Of a stretch of 64,000 nt of DNA, positions 18,817 through 29,166 are shown piece by piece. Origin of the DNA: a virus; the IMG/VR virus record IMGVR_UViG_3300028025_003409, positions 32,001 to 96,000 of that record, one strand, 5' to 3'. Made by a program: the position numbers and the translations under genes. The stretch's first letter is position 1, and each line of letters opens with the position of its first letter. The notes under the pieces were generated by a model, which saw only the letters and a list, made by a program, of their open reading frames with translations, did no database searches and was not told where the DNA came from.

Positions 18817-19044
18817 AGTAATAAGATTATACCATAAAAAAACAAATATTTAGAGTCAGCGTAAAAGTCATAGAATTAAGAGATTATATTTAAAGTTATC
18901 AAATCGTTATAATAGACAATGTCCGTTTTGTCATAAAAAGTCTTAAAGGTCAGGATCTTCGTAGTGTATACTAAATATATATAAGAAAAAAGAACTATCT
19001 TGAAGGTTTGTATATAGAAGATATCTTATATATAGTATATAGAG

Positions 19045-19317
19045 TTACTTTGGTTTGGCAATATACTCAATCAGAATATCATACATATGGTCAAGTTTAT
19101 TCTTCATAACCTTATGATCTTCTTTCATCTGAGTTCTAGTAGCATCGGCTTCGTTAATTCTCATTTCTAGTCTCGAAATTTGATCCTTCATCGATGATCC
19201 AGAATTGGGTTTAAGTTCTGCCAAATAATGTTTGACTAGCCACTTGATTGCAAAAGCAATAGATGATACAATTGTAAGTATGGCTACAATTAGGGAAGCC
19301 CAGTCTTGGATTGTCAT
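19045..19317 (-). CDS. Small membrane protein, holin-like
   Basis: One TM helix then KHYLAELKPNSGSSMKDQISRLE; ATG at 19317 follows a TATAAT. Confidence 0.6.
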   Translation of the reverse strand: MTIQDWASLIVAILTIVSSIAFAIKWLVKHYLAELKPNSGSSMKDQISRLEMRINEADATRTQMKEDHKVMKNKLDHMYDILIEYIAKPK

Positions 19318-19343
19318 AACTAGATTATTATAAGGGGTGTTTT

Positions 19344-20177
19344 GTGAAAAATAGAACTGAGTTCTCTTCAGCAGCATTTCTTTTTAGAGAAAAACCATTT
19401 ATCAATAGCATATCAAGTAGCAATTTAGAATATATTAAAGGCGAGTCTTATTCTTACTATATTAATGACCAGCCAAGTAAAAAAACAAAAGACGATATTG
19501 AGTATAAACTAAATAATTATCTTTTTAGATCTGATGATTTTTGCAAAGAAGATTCTGGAGATAACTTTTTATTTGCTGGATGCTCACAAACTGTCACATT
19601 AGGGCTACCACTAGAGTTAAGTTGGGCTAACAAAGTTAATTCTAATTTTGATAAAAATAAGTATATTAACATATCTGGAGTTGGTCTTGCCATTGATGCA
19701 ATAGTTAGCAATATAGTTCACTACATTGACTTGTTTGGAAAACCTAAGGCAATTATTGCTTTATTCCCAGATCACTACAGGGTTACAGAAATAAAGCATG
19801 ACACAATAACAACAGACTGGCTAGATCCAAGAGAATATGATAAAAATGTTGATAGAATAGAAGATGCAATATTTAAAGACTATCTTTCTTTTAAAAATTT
19901 AGAAATGATATGCAAAGCAAATGGGATACCCTTGGTCTATTCTAGTTGGCAGCCACATACTGCTAAGGTAATAAAGAAGTTAACAGAAAAGTCTTTCTTG
20001 GAAAATGGATTTGATATATATGAAAACATTGATATAGATCTAAAACTTTTTTCAAAGAAAAATAGCAAGTATCCTCATTACTGGGAATATGCAAGAGATG
20101 GTGTCCATTACGGAGAAAGAGACAATCTTATGTTTGCTCAATCATTTACCAATAAACTAAAAGAGTTAGGTTTCTAA
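19344..20177 (+). CDS. SGNH/GDSL-like protein (GCS variant), paralog 1
   Basis: FRSDDF, LFAGCS, W, NISGVG, RDGVHYG. Confidence 0.65.
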   Translation: MKNRTEFSSAAFLFREKPFINSISSSNLEYIKGESYSYYINDQPSKKTKDDIEYKLNNYLFRSDDFCKEDSGDNFLFAGCSQTVTLGLPLELSWANKVNSNFDKNKYINISGVGLAIDAIVSNIVHYIDLFGKPKAIIALFPDHYRVTEIKHDTITTDWLDPREYDKNVDRIEDAIFKDYLSFKNLEMICKANGIPLVYSSWQPHTAKVIKKLTEKSFLENGFDIYENIDIDLKLFSKKNSKYPHYWEYARDGVHYGERDNLMFAQSFTNKLKELGF

Positions 20178-20947
20178 TGATTCAAGATATATTAGACACT
20201 ATCGAGTATTCAAAACAACTTATCATATCCCCCGATATGGATGGGTTTATGACGGCAAAATTATTAGAGCGTTTTAACGGTTCGAAAATAGTAGGTTCTT
20301 ATGATAAGAATCTTTTATGTCTCGCCGACGGGATCAACCCAGAGGAATGCTTGTTCGTCGATTGCGATATGAATAGGCAAGAGTATGTTTCTCTCGGAAA
20401 TCATATGCGCTTGCTTGAGGACAATATGTCGGTTGAATCATTTAATCCAAATGTGCACTTCGGCGTTTCGATATATAGCGACAAGTTTCCCTTCGCCACT
20501 GCGTTTTTAATTTCGTTCGCAACAGAGGCCCAAACCTCCGAAGAAGACCTTATCCGCATGGCTTTCGCTGATTCTACATTACGCAATATGGAAAAATATA
20601 GCGACAACATGCGAAATTGGTCTACACGGATGGATCATCCTGCAGTTAAGTACATAGTGGACAATTCGGACATTGCAAAAAGAAATGATGCACAAGCAAG
20701 GTTTGATTATGTAGACCAATCATTTACATCTAAAAGATACGGCAAGGCAAGATATCTGGATACCCTTAATAAGGCCCTAGAAGGCCAGGGGATGAAGTTT
20801 GAACCACTTACCAGGGGTAGCAAGTACATCTGCGACAAAGTTGGCAAAGAAACCGTTATGCGGTATAATAGAGATATCATATCTTACGCAGAGATCTTTA
20901 CAGGAGAATACTCTGTTACCTATGACCAAGAGACGGAATGGAAGTAA
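20177..20947 (+). CDS. DHH-like phosphoesterase-related protein
   Basis: SPDMDG, FVDCD and GNH acidic/His motifs. Confidence 0.45.
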   Translation: MIQDILDTIEYSKQLIISPDMDGFMTAKLLERFNGSKIVGSYDKNLLCLADGINPEECLFVDCDMNRQEYVSLGNHMRLLEDNMSVESFNPNVHFGVSIYSDKFPFATAFLISFATEAQTSEEDLIRMAFADSTLRNMEKYSDNMRNWSTRMDHPAVKYIVDNSDIAKRNDAQARFDYVDQSFTSKRYGKARYLDTLNKALEGQGMKFEPLTRGSKYICDKVGKETVMRYNRDIISYAEIFTGEYSVTYDQETEWK

Positions 20948-20948
20948 T

Positions 20949-21554
20949 ATGTTTACATGGGGAAAACACCTTATCAGAGTTGTTCATAATTTTGCTACGC
21001 CAGATGAGTTGTCTATCCTAGATGACTACTTAAAGTCACTTCCAGATTTTCATACAAAATCAGTCTCATGGCTAGATTTTATTGAAGCCGAGCATTTGCC
21101 AGAGTATAAAATTGATGATCCAAACGTAGAAAAGGTTATGCGTGAATTAAATACACGAACTAACAAATACATAACAGAAGTCTATTTCCCCGAATCAGAG
21201 TTAAGTGTCATCAGAGATAATGGAAATAGAGAGTTGGAACTTGTTAGATGGAGTGCTATGTCACACCTTGCTCCTCATTCAGACTGGAGACTTGCAGATG
21301 GATCTCCTTATCCATTAACACTGCCACAATTTACAATTGGATCTCTTATATATATCAATAAAGACTATGCAGGCGGAGAGATTAACTTTCCAGATTATGA
21401 TTTTAAGTTAGATCCCCAACCTGGAGATTTAATTTTGTTTCCCTGCCAATATATGCATGAAGTTCTACAAGTACTTCCACTTAAAGGAAAAGAAAAAGCA
21501 AACAGATATACCATGCCAGTATTTTACTGGTTTGACTTAGAGGAAAAGGAATAA
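20949..21554 (+). CDS. 2OG-Fe(II) oxygenase, prolyl 4-hydroxylase-like
   Basis: HSD...YINKDYAGGEINFP...FP..MHEV...R; true start ATG 20949. Confidence 0.85.
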   Translation: MFTWGKHLIRVVHNFATPDELSILDDYLKSLPDFHTKSVSWLDFIEAEHLPEYKIDDPNVEKVMRELNTRTNKYITEVYFPESELSVIRDNGNRELELVRWSAMSHLAPHSDWRLADGSPYPLTLPQFTIGSLIYINKDYAGGEINFPDYDFKLDPQPGDLILFPCQYMHEVLQVLPLKGKEKANRYTMPVFYWFDLEEKE

Positions 21555-21558
21555 TACA

Positions 21559-21753
21559 ATGCCACAAAAACAAGATGTAGTTAACTTAATGACAAATGTC
21601 ATCAATGATCTAAATTTTCAGAAAGCCATGCAAGATGGTGTTGACGAAATGCAGATTCGTAATTCGATTGCCCAGCATCAGGATGAACTTAATTTCATCA
21701 ATGGTATTTTAGTTGATGCGCTAAAGGCAAACAACCTTATTAATGTAGACTAA
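21559..21753 (+). CDS. Hypothetical protein
   Basis: AAGGA RBS; 64 aa ORF. Confidence 0.6.
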   Translation: MPQKQDVVNLMTNVINDLNFQKAMQDGVDEMQIRNSIAQHQDELNFINGILVDALKANNLINVD

Positions 21754-21756
21754 AAC

Positions 21757-22521
21757 TTAGTCGACAATAGTTTCTCTAGAACCAGGTTTATTGGCTTCAA
21801 AACCAAATATAAGGTTTGCTCTAGGCCCTATAGCAGACACTTCATGCCATAGTTCTTTAGGTATAAAGATTACATCTCCTGGCTCTAGGATAAACTCTGT
21901 AGGTTCTGAATCATACGCTTCTGATGTACGCCATCTTGTTTTGCCCAAACACTGAAGGTTAAGCACATCAGCGTTATCTCTATGCCTTGTTGAAGACTTG
22001 TCCCAATCGGTTACAGAAAATACAGAATTAATGTCTGTTAGTTCGCCATCATAGATTTCTGTCAATTCTCTAATATAGAAGTCTTTGTTTCTATAGTGAT
22101 CGGATGTCTTAGGCGATACTAAATTGAATTCCCCCCAAAATTGTAAAATACCTATAACCTTCTTGCCAGCCTTCTCAAATGCTTCATTTCTAAACATTGG
22201 ATCATCATCATGTGCACAGGAGTTTACGTTATTTAAGAATTCTTCCCAATATGGAAGCATGTCTTTTGGGATAGCCCCTCTTAGAACTGTTCCAGTGTTT
22301 GTTAGTACTGCGTTTAGGATCTGATTATGATATAAGTCTTTTTTGTTGCAATCCTTACATACCGTTTCTGAAAAAATTTTTACAGACAGGTTTTCTGGAT
22401 CAGGCCTACCTAGGTCTTCCCAAAATTGTTCTCTACCCATGGAGTCAGTGTTAGGCATTGCTTTTGATTCGAACTGGAATTCACTGTCCCAGGCATTTTC
22501 TAGATTGTCCAAAATTCCCAT
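21757..22521 (-). CDS. JmjC/cupin-4-like hydroxylase
   Basis: RHRD..VL.LQCLGKTRW; LEPGDVIFIP..LWHEV; R. Confidence 0.8.
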   Translation of the reverse strand: MGILDNLENAWDSEFQFESKAMPNTDSMGREQFWEDLGRPDPENLSVKIFSETVCKDCNKKDLYHNQILNAVLTNTGTVLRGAIPKDMLPYWEEFLNNVNSCAHDDDPMFRNEAFEKAGKKVIGILQFWGEFNLVSPKTSDHYRNKDFYIRELTEIYDGELTDINSVFSVTDWDKSSTRHRDNADVLNLQCLGKTRWRTSEAYDSEPTEFILEPGDVIFIPKELWHEVSAIGPRANLIFGFEANKPGSRETIVD

Positions 22522-22668
22522 ATCTCATTCTACCATAAATCTGAATATTTTTACTAGATGTATGATACAAGAAATAAAAAAATAAAACATAAAAATATAG
22601 TGAGCACTTTTACAGGTGATGATGTGTATTTATTTAATCACACCACCACCCGCAAAGTGATCTGGGTA

Positions 22669-22959
22669 CTACCCCGACTTACTTAGTATGGGTACCACCT
22701 TGCGATCCAAAAAGTTTTTCATCTTTTCGGTATCTTTCTTTTGCTTGATGTCTATGTTAGTAATACCTAAATCTCTAACTACCTTGCTAGTTTCTACTAC
22801 AATAGTTTTAGCGAATGCAACACCTAAAAGTTTTAGACCTAAAGGAATTGCAACCACCGCACCGATTGTTAGCACTAGCATCATGATAGCCATAAAAATA
22901 AGTGAGTACTGTACTACATTAGCAAACCACTCGAATGGTGCAGAAATAAAATCAAACAT
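22669..22959 (-). CDS. Membrane protein
   Basis: AGGAG RBS; hydrophobic segment. Confidence 0.6.
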   Translation of the reverse strand: MFDFISAPFEWFANVVQYSLIFMAIMMLVLTIGAVVAIPLGLKLLGVAFAKTIVVETSKVVRDLGITNIDIKQKKDTEKMKNFLDRKVVPILSKSG

Positions 22960-22968
22960 TTATTCTCC

Positions 22969-23178
22969 TTAGTCTGATGTAGTGAGTGTTGATGTGGGGG
23001 TGAGTGAGTCTAGGTAATCTTGGCGTACCTTAGACATAACTCTATCTATCTGTGCATAAGCATTAGCACACTTATAGCAATAGGTTTCTGTGTTGATGCC
23101 TAGCATAAAGGCATCTGTTCCACTATAGACTAACTCTGTTGAGTCGCAGTTAATTACCTTGCATGTATTTGTGTTCAT
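22969..23178 (-). CDS. Small Cys-containing protein
   Basis: CxxxxC and CxxC motifs. Confidence 0.55.
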   Translation of the reverse strand: MNTNTCKVINCDSTELVYSGTDAFMLGINTETYCYKCANAYAQIDRVMSKVRQDYLDSLTPTSTLTTSD

Positions 23179-24473
23179 TTATTTATCTCTTTTCTGTAGT
23201 GCATGAGCAGGGGTTGATTGTTATTTGTTTTCCTTTTTGTGTAACTACCGCTAGGGTGTTACATGATGAGCATAGGTATAGGTGCATTAGAATTCACTTT
23301 CCTTATCTAGCATGGTGGGGACTAGTACAATTATAGTGCATAGCACTGACAAAACTAGGATGATAATAGGTAGGCTCATTAGATACACTCCTCACATGGG
23401 CATTGTGGGAATTCTGCATCTTGCTTAATGCGATTAGCAAGGGCAATAACCTTTTTATAGGTATCGGCAGACGCACCCCTAAAGGATACTACCTTACCCT
23501 CGGCTACTAATTGAGCAGCCTTATTTATTTTTTGTTCTAGTGTTAATGTAGTCATTTGATGACCACCTTTCTTTTTAATGCGATATCTATTTGATACCTT
23601 TTTCCTTGACCTAGGTTATTTGCTCTTATTTGCTACGCTCACCCGATAATCGGTTTATTTGGTAGGCTCAGAGGCTCACTAGGATTTTTCTTTATTTAAT
23701 TTTTCTTACTATGTAAGTCTAGCAAAAAATCTAATAAATATCAACTTACTAGCCAGTATTCTCATATAATGAGACGCTTGGGCTATGTGATTTAGGTCAC
23801 TTATTTGCTAGGCTCATATAACTTTTTGTTATCTTATTTGCTAGGCTCATAACCTTTTATCTCTATTTAATTTTTCTTATACTAGTATAATAACACATCT
23901 ACCCCTAAAAGTCAAGTCCTAGCACGGCGTGTCGTGTGTGATATGCGTCACATGGGGACGTGCATGATCTACCCCCTATACAGGTACCCCCTATCTAGGA
24001 CGTGCCCTGTGGATAACCTGTGTATAACTATAGTGGTATACATCACATGTGTGCTACATCACAATGTCCAATTTATACCTTTTATACCCTCGTAAATGTC
24101 AGACCCCCCTGTTATACTTACTAGTATAAAGAAAGTCAGAAAAGGTTTCTGAACTAGAAAGGACAATAAAATGTCAAACAGTATTTTCGGTCAAGGTTTC
24201 GCTAAGGTTAGCGATTACCCTAAAGGTCTAATGAACCTCTGCCCTTGTGGGCAGGTAGTCTTAGCACCTGCTAAGTATCACGCAGGTCAGCCTTGGTGGG
24301 ATAACCCCAACAAGTGTAAAGAATTATTCGAAGGAGTAAAATAAATGAACTTAGATGAATACAAGCAAATGATAGAGGCTCAACGCCTCACCTCTTTAGC
24401 AATAGCGTTAGACGCTCTACGCAAATCCAATGCCATAATGGAAAACACTTTCAATTTAGAGGAGAATGAATAA

Positions 24474-24740
24474 ATGAAAACACTTCAAGAAAAATTAGAC
24501 CTTGCTGCAAAAGCAGTTGAGCCAGTTTTAGCAGAATTGCTAAATGAGGTTGATGAAAAAACCGACTATGAATTAGAACAAGAATTGCAAGAGCAATTTG
24601 ATGAATACATAAATGATTCGCATGACCCAGTAATGATTGCAGGAATTTTATTTTATCCTGCTGACATTCTAAAAGAATGCGACCCAATCGCTTATCGTGT
24701 TTTTCTAAATGATTTTGAATCGTATTTAGAAAACGAATAA
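24474..24740 (+). CDS. Small acidic early protein
   Basis: FDEYIND...ILKECDPIAYR; very acidic; AGGAG RBS. Confidence 0.7.
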   Translation: MKTLQEKLDLAAKAVEPVLAELLNEVDEKTDYELEQELQEQFDEYINDSHDPVMIAGILFYPADILKECDPIAYRVFLNDFESYLENE

Positions 24741-25230
24741 ATAAAAACCAAGATCGCAGAAATAAAACTCTGCGATTTTTTGGGACGTCCCGTGTGATGC
24801 GAATCACATTCAAAATACGGCGTGTCGTCTTGACTTTTTGAGATTTCTCTGCTATACTTCTAGTATAAAGAAAATTGAGAAAGGTTCTCAAATTGAAAGG
24901 AGTCCAAATGGACTATAACGAATACTATGATGAAATTTATCTAGAAATCTATGAGGAGTTTGGCGCTGAAAGCGTATCAGACCCAGCCTACGCTGAATCT
25001 CTAAAAAAGTGATGTAAATCACACAACGCCTACGGCGTGTCGCCTTGACTTTTCAGGGTATGTGTGATAGTCTTACTACATAAGAAAAACTAAATAAAGG
25101 ACAAATTGGCTAATGAGCCTAAGCAAATAAATGTGATACAAATCACAGTGAGCCTTAGCGAATAAGTAGCCGAAATGTCAGCCCCCAATGGTAAGATAGT
25201 CTTATCAAACAAACGAAAGGAAGTCTAAAA

Positions 25231-25428
25231 ATGACTTACACTATAACACTAGAAACCTTTTCAGGTTCTACAAAAAAAATCAACCTTGCCTCTAAGGGTG
25301 CGGTTGCTCAATTCATCTCAACTTATCCAACTCAACTACCTGTTGGCGTTGCTGTAAAAATCGCTTGCGATACCCTCGGAATTAGTGGCACACTTCGTGG
25401 CACTTCTACACTTACAAAATCAAACTAA
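25231..25428 (+). CDS. Early hypothetical protein
   Basis: GAAAGGA RBS downstream of the 25176 promoter. Confidence 0.65.
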   Translation: MTYTITLETFSGSTKKINLASKGAVAQFISTYPTQLPVGVAVKIACDTLGISGTLRGTSTLTKSN

Positions 25429-25447
25429 AGAATAGGAAATAAAATAA

Positions 25448-25654
25448 ATGACTAAAGTAGAACACTCTCTAAAGTTCGTAACCGAGTTCGATGAAACTCA
25501 CCCAGTAGCACTACAAGCACTATCTATCCCTCACTCAGATTTGGTTGCTATGCTTGAAGGAATGCTAAAAGATTTGCTAGTGCCTGCCCTCGGTCCTGTA
25601 CTTGATGAAATAAATGCTCGTGGCACTTATGCAATTCTAAAGGTGGCCGAGTAA
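25448..25654 (+). CDS. Early hypothetical protein
   Basis: 68 aa ORF coupled to the next ORF (MMTRKDY... 25654-25833). Confidence 0.65.
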   Translation: MTKVEHSLKFVTEFDETHPVALQALSIPHSDLVAMLEGMLKDLLVPALGPVLDEINARGTYAILKVAE

Positions 25655-25839
25655 TGATGACACGCAAGGACTATGTTGCAACTGCTGAAATTCTTTCATC
25701 ATTCAAAGATTTGATAGGTGATGAATTTACTTTTCACGACTTAGTTGATGAATTTGGTTCAATGTTTGAAGCAGATAATCCAAGATTTGATTCAACTAAA
25801 TTTTTTGAAGCGTGTAACAAAGACACTTACTAAATAAAA

Positions 25840-25867
25840 AAATCCTGAGCAAGATTTAAAACTGCTC
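25840..25867 (+). ncRNA. H-type pseudoknot element, copy 1 of 6
   Basis: AAATC-CT-GAGCA-A-GATTT-AAAAC-TGCTC; other copies at 30648, 31286, 31825, 33073 (+) and 43631-43606 (-), with covarying stem 1. Confidence 0.7.
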
Positions 25868-26359
25868 CACACTCAAAATTTTGGGACGTCGCGTTCGGGC
25901 GTGTCGTCCACATGACGCAGATCACATTCAGAATTGAGCGTGAGTTATCCACATGACCTACATCACATTTCAAAATGTCCGATTTGTGGCATTACTGGTC
26001 AGTAGATGTCAGACCCCCCTGCTATACTTACTAGTATAAAGAAAGTCAATCAAGGTGATTGAACTAGAAAGGAATTCAAATGAATTCAACAATTATCAAG
26101 TGTGTAGAACACACACCCTTCAAGTCTGCTATCTCAGAGGTTGCAGATACACAATTTACTTTTTGTGAAATTTGTGAAAATAACATTGAGCGTTGGTATA
26201 ACGATACCGACCCTGAGCGTCTACCAATGTGGACAGATTGGAAGGTATCTAAATGATAGACTTCGTAAAACAATTAGAATTAGAAAACTATCTTGCAGAC
26301 GAGCAAGTAGACCCACTAGCAAAAATGCTAGATGAACTAATAAAGAAAGGAGAATACAA

Positions 26360-26596
26360 ATGAGTCTATCCCTTGCTAATAAAATCGCAAAAGATAAATT
26401 CTTTCTGCCCCCTTCAAAATACATAAACCACAAAGTCGTGGAGATTGTATCTTTAAATGAGGATAGCGGTATCGCTACTGTAATCCTAGAAAAATACACA
26501 ATAGGCAGAAATGCTAATGTGTATAAAAATAATAATGTGTTCACAATTGAATTGCCTTATTCCGAATTTCAAAATCTAAATGGTTGGAGTGAATAA
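26360..26596 (+). CDS. Early hypothetical protein
   Basis: AAGGAG RBS. Confidence 0.6.
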   Translation: MSLSLANKIAKDKFFLPPSKYINHKVVEIVSLNEDSGIATVILEKYTIGRNANVYKNNNVFTIELPYSEFQNLNGWSE

Positions 26597-27239
26597 ATGA
26601 GTACCTATGTACCAATTAAATCTGTATGTGGTGCAGTAACTACCACAATTGACATCTATGACATTGAGTTAAATCCTCACGGAGTAATCTGTTGCGATAA
26701 CTGCAAGTCAATCATTCTATGCCGTAAGGCTTGGGATTTTCTATACAAGGAGAATAAGTAATGCCACTATTTGAATTTACAACATTTATAAATGTTGAAG
26801 CAGAAGACTATGACTCTGCTATTGCTATGTTTGACTCTAATTTAGAGTATGGTGGAATTCGCAGAAGCGATGTTTATGTCGCAGAAATTGAGGAAAAGTA
26901 AAATGAGTTTTTATCAAACCTTTTTTGAAAGTGGCAACGCATTGTTTTGGTTTTCAATGATCTGCTTAGCAAGTGGATTTTATTTATTTGTAAAAGAGTA
27001 GAAAAACGGGACGTCGCGTTCGGGCGTGTCGCCACGCTGTGAGATTTATCACATGGCTTGAGCGTCTCAGTATTTGGACTTACTGGCTAGTAACTTGATA
27101 ATTTGTGAGTAATAGGCTAGACTTACATAGTAAGTAAAAATAAATAAAAGAAAGTCTATCCCACTACGGCGTGTCTAACCGAAAATGTCAGACCCCTATG
27201 GTAGGATAGAATTATCAACAAAAAGAAAGAGGTTGGCAA

Positions 27240-27446
27240 ATGTCAGCAAATGTCTATACAATAGAACACCTACTTGTAGGAACACAATACCGCTCACGAA
27301 CACTATCGGGAGAAATTATCTCAGCAGAGAAACACCCTAACGCAGTTTGGTATCAGGGTTGCGAAAGTTATCTAGTGGAAGTGCGCCCTAGTAATTTTGG
27401 AAAAGTCGTATGTCGCACAGTAGCAGTAAAGGTAGAAAATAACTAA
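27240..27446 (+). CDS. Early hypothetical protein
   Basis: GAGG RBS after the 27186 promoter. Confidence 0.65.
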   Translation: MSANVYTIEHLLVGTQYRSRTLSGEIISAEKHPNAVWYQGCESYLVEVRPSNFGKVVCRTVAVKVENN

Positions 27447-27719
27447 TGGGATACATAGAGATTTTTAGAATTGACAATGAGGGTGCAGGTTGGATAGACT
27501 TGGACAATGCAACACCTAGCGAATTGCTAGACCTAGAAATTGGCTTATTTCAGGAAGGGGCTATCTAATGGGAGTAATGAAAGAATTGCACTTAGAGATA
27601 ACTACTTGCGACCTATGCTATGGCACAGGTTGGCTATACTTTGGCAATAGCGAGGACTTTGATACAGAGTCTTGCGATTGTAACCCACACCAACTATTTA
27701 TAACTAAGGAGAATAACTA

Positions 27720-27938
27720 ATGAACGAATACCTATACTCAGTAACAACAACTAATGACGGAGAGGCTAAGCCGAATTGGATTGGTCGCTACTCAGACGCA
27801 CTAAGTGCCGTTGAAGTTTATCAGAGATTTATTGACCACGGATTTGCTAACGAATTCCGTACAGTAAATTTATCAGAGCCTAGTGGCAAAATGCATACAA
27901 AAATTTTGTATCGCAGTGGAATTGTGGGAGGTAAGTAA
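27720..27938 (+). CDS. Early hypothetical protein
   Basis: AAGGAG RBS. Confidence 0.65.
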   Translation: MNEYLYSVTTTNDGEAKPNWIGRYSDALSAVEVYQRFIDHGFANEFRTVNLSEPSGKMHTKILYRSGIVGGK

Positions 27939-28099
27939 ATGGACATAACTACTTTTGCAAAAGGAATGAGCAAGATTGCTCCGAATTATGGCATAGGGTA
28001 TGATAACTATGGTCAGGTTATTATTTATACTAACCTAAAAGAAACTGAAAATAATCAGTATGCAGAAATGTCAGATAACGATTTTGAGGAGAATAAATA

Positions 28100-28387
28100 A
28101 TGGGATCAGTTACAGCAATTGGATTAGCGGATAGCGTATTGGATTTAGAAACTCAATTGGCGTATCACTTACAGGGTAATCACTATCCACCCGTACCACT
28201 TTCTATGGTTCAGCCTTGCATAGAAGCAATTGACGCATACTATGATGAGGACTATGACCGATTTATTGCTATGCCTGAAGGCGTATTCTATAAGGGAATG
28301 AGCCACGCACCTGCCCACGCAATTGTAGACCAACACCACTTGTCTTGGTTTATTGACCCAGTAGACGAATTTGAAGATGAGGAATAA
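28100..28387 (+). CDS. Early acidic hypothetical protein
   Basis: GAGGAG RBS; HLQGNHYPPVP motif. Confidence 0.7.
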   Translation: MGSVTAIGLADSVLDLETQLAYHLQGNHYPPVPLSMVQPCIEAIDAYYDEDYDRFIAMPEGVFYKGMSHAPAHAIVDQHHLSWFIDPVDEFEDEE

Positions 28388-28388
28388 A

Positions 28389-28631
28389 ATGAATGCTACA
28401 ATGAGCGACATGGAACTAATCGAGGCAGATACACTTGCACCAGACCAACTAATGATTGGTGATTTAATAAAAGTAAACAATGACATTCTTGAAGTTATTT
28501 TTATTGAAAGTGATTCTACTGGAGATAACTACGATGTACAAGTAAAAAATGAATTTGATGAATTAGAAATAATTCAATTTGCTTATACTGATTCTATTCC
28601 ATTGTATGTTTTTATTGACTACGATGAATAA
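28389..28631 (+). CDS. Early acidic hypothetical protein
   Basis: GAGGA RBS before ATG 28389; LxxGDxI motif. Confidence 0.6.
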   Translation: MNATMSDMELIEADTLAPDQLMIGDLIKVNNDILEVIFIESDSTGDNYDVQVKNEFDELEIIQFAYTDSIPLYVFIDYDE

Positions 28632-29166
28632 GTAAAACTATTTTTATGCACTTCCCCGCATAAAAATGGGACGTCCCGCAGTCGGGCGTGTCTGTGTATA
28701 TCCTGTGGATAACTATGTGCTACTCATGAGTAACCCTTTAAATATTTCTTTAAGATAGTTTATTTTATTTTCCCCGATTCTGGGCAAAATTTTTTGTGAT
28801 TTTTATCACACGATCAGGATTTGACATTTTTATGATATGTGTGTTAGTATTGTTATATGAAAAAAACAAATGAGGAACTCCGCAGGCTTATGGAACTACG
28901 CCGTAGCAACGCTGCCTCTGCCGTGCCTTCTAAAAGGGCTTACAATCGAAAGAAATGTCAGTCCGAACTGTTACAATATAAATATCAACAAAAAGGAGAA
29001 TAGCCCATGACCTACGAAAACGATGAAATGCTAGATGAATACTATGCAACTGTATGCCCCTCATGCAAAGAAAATGCGGTAGACGCATATGAAGATAAAT
29101 GCACTCATTGCTTACTAGAAGAAATGTCTGTCCACTATAACGAAGACATTGCTCTAGAAATGAGTC

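Noticed and set aside
18840-19045. AT-rich TATATA tract as an origin
   Set aside because: No iterons or DnaA boxes; 36740-37700 is the better candidate, so this cannot be supported
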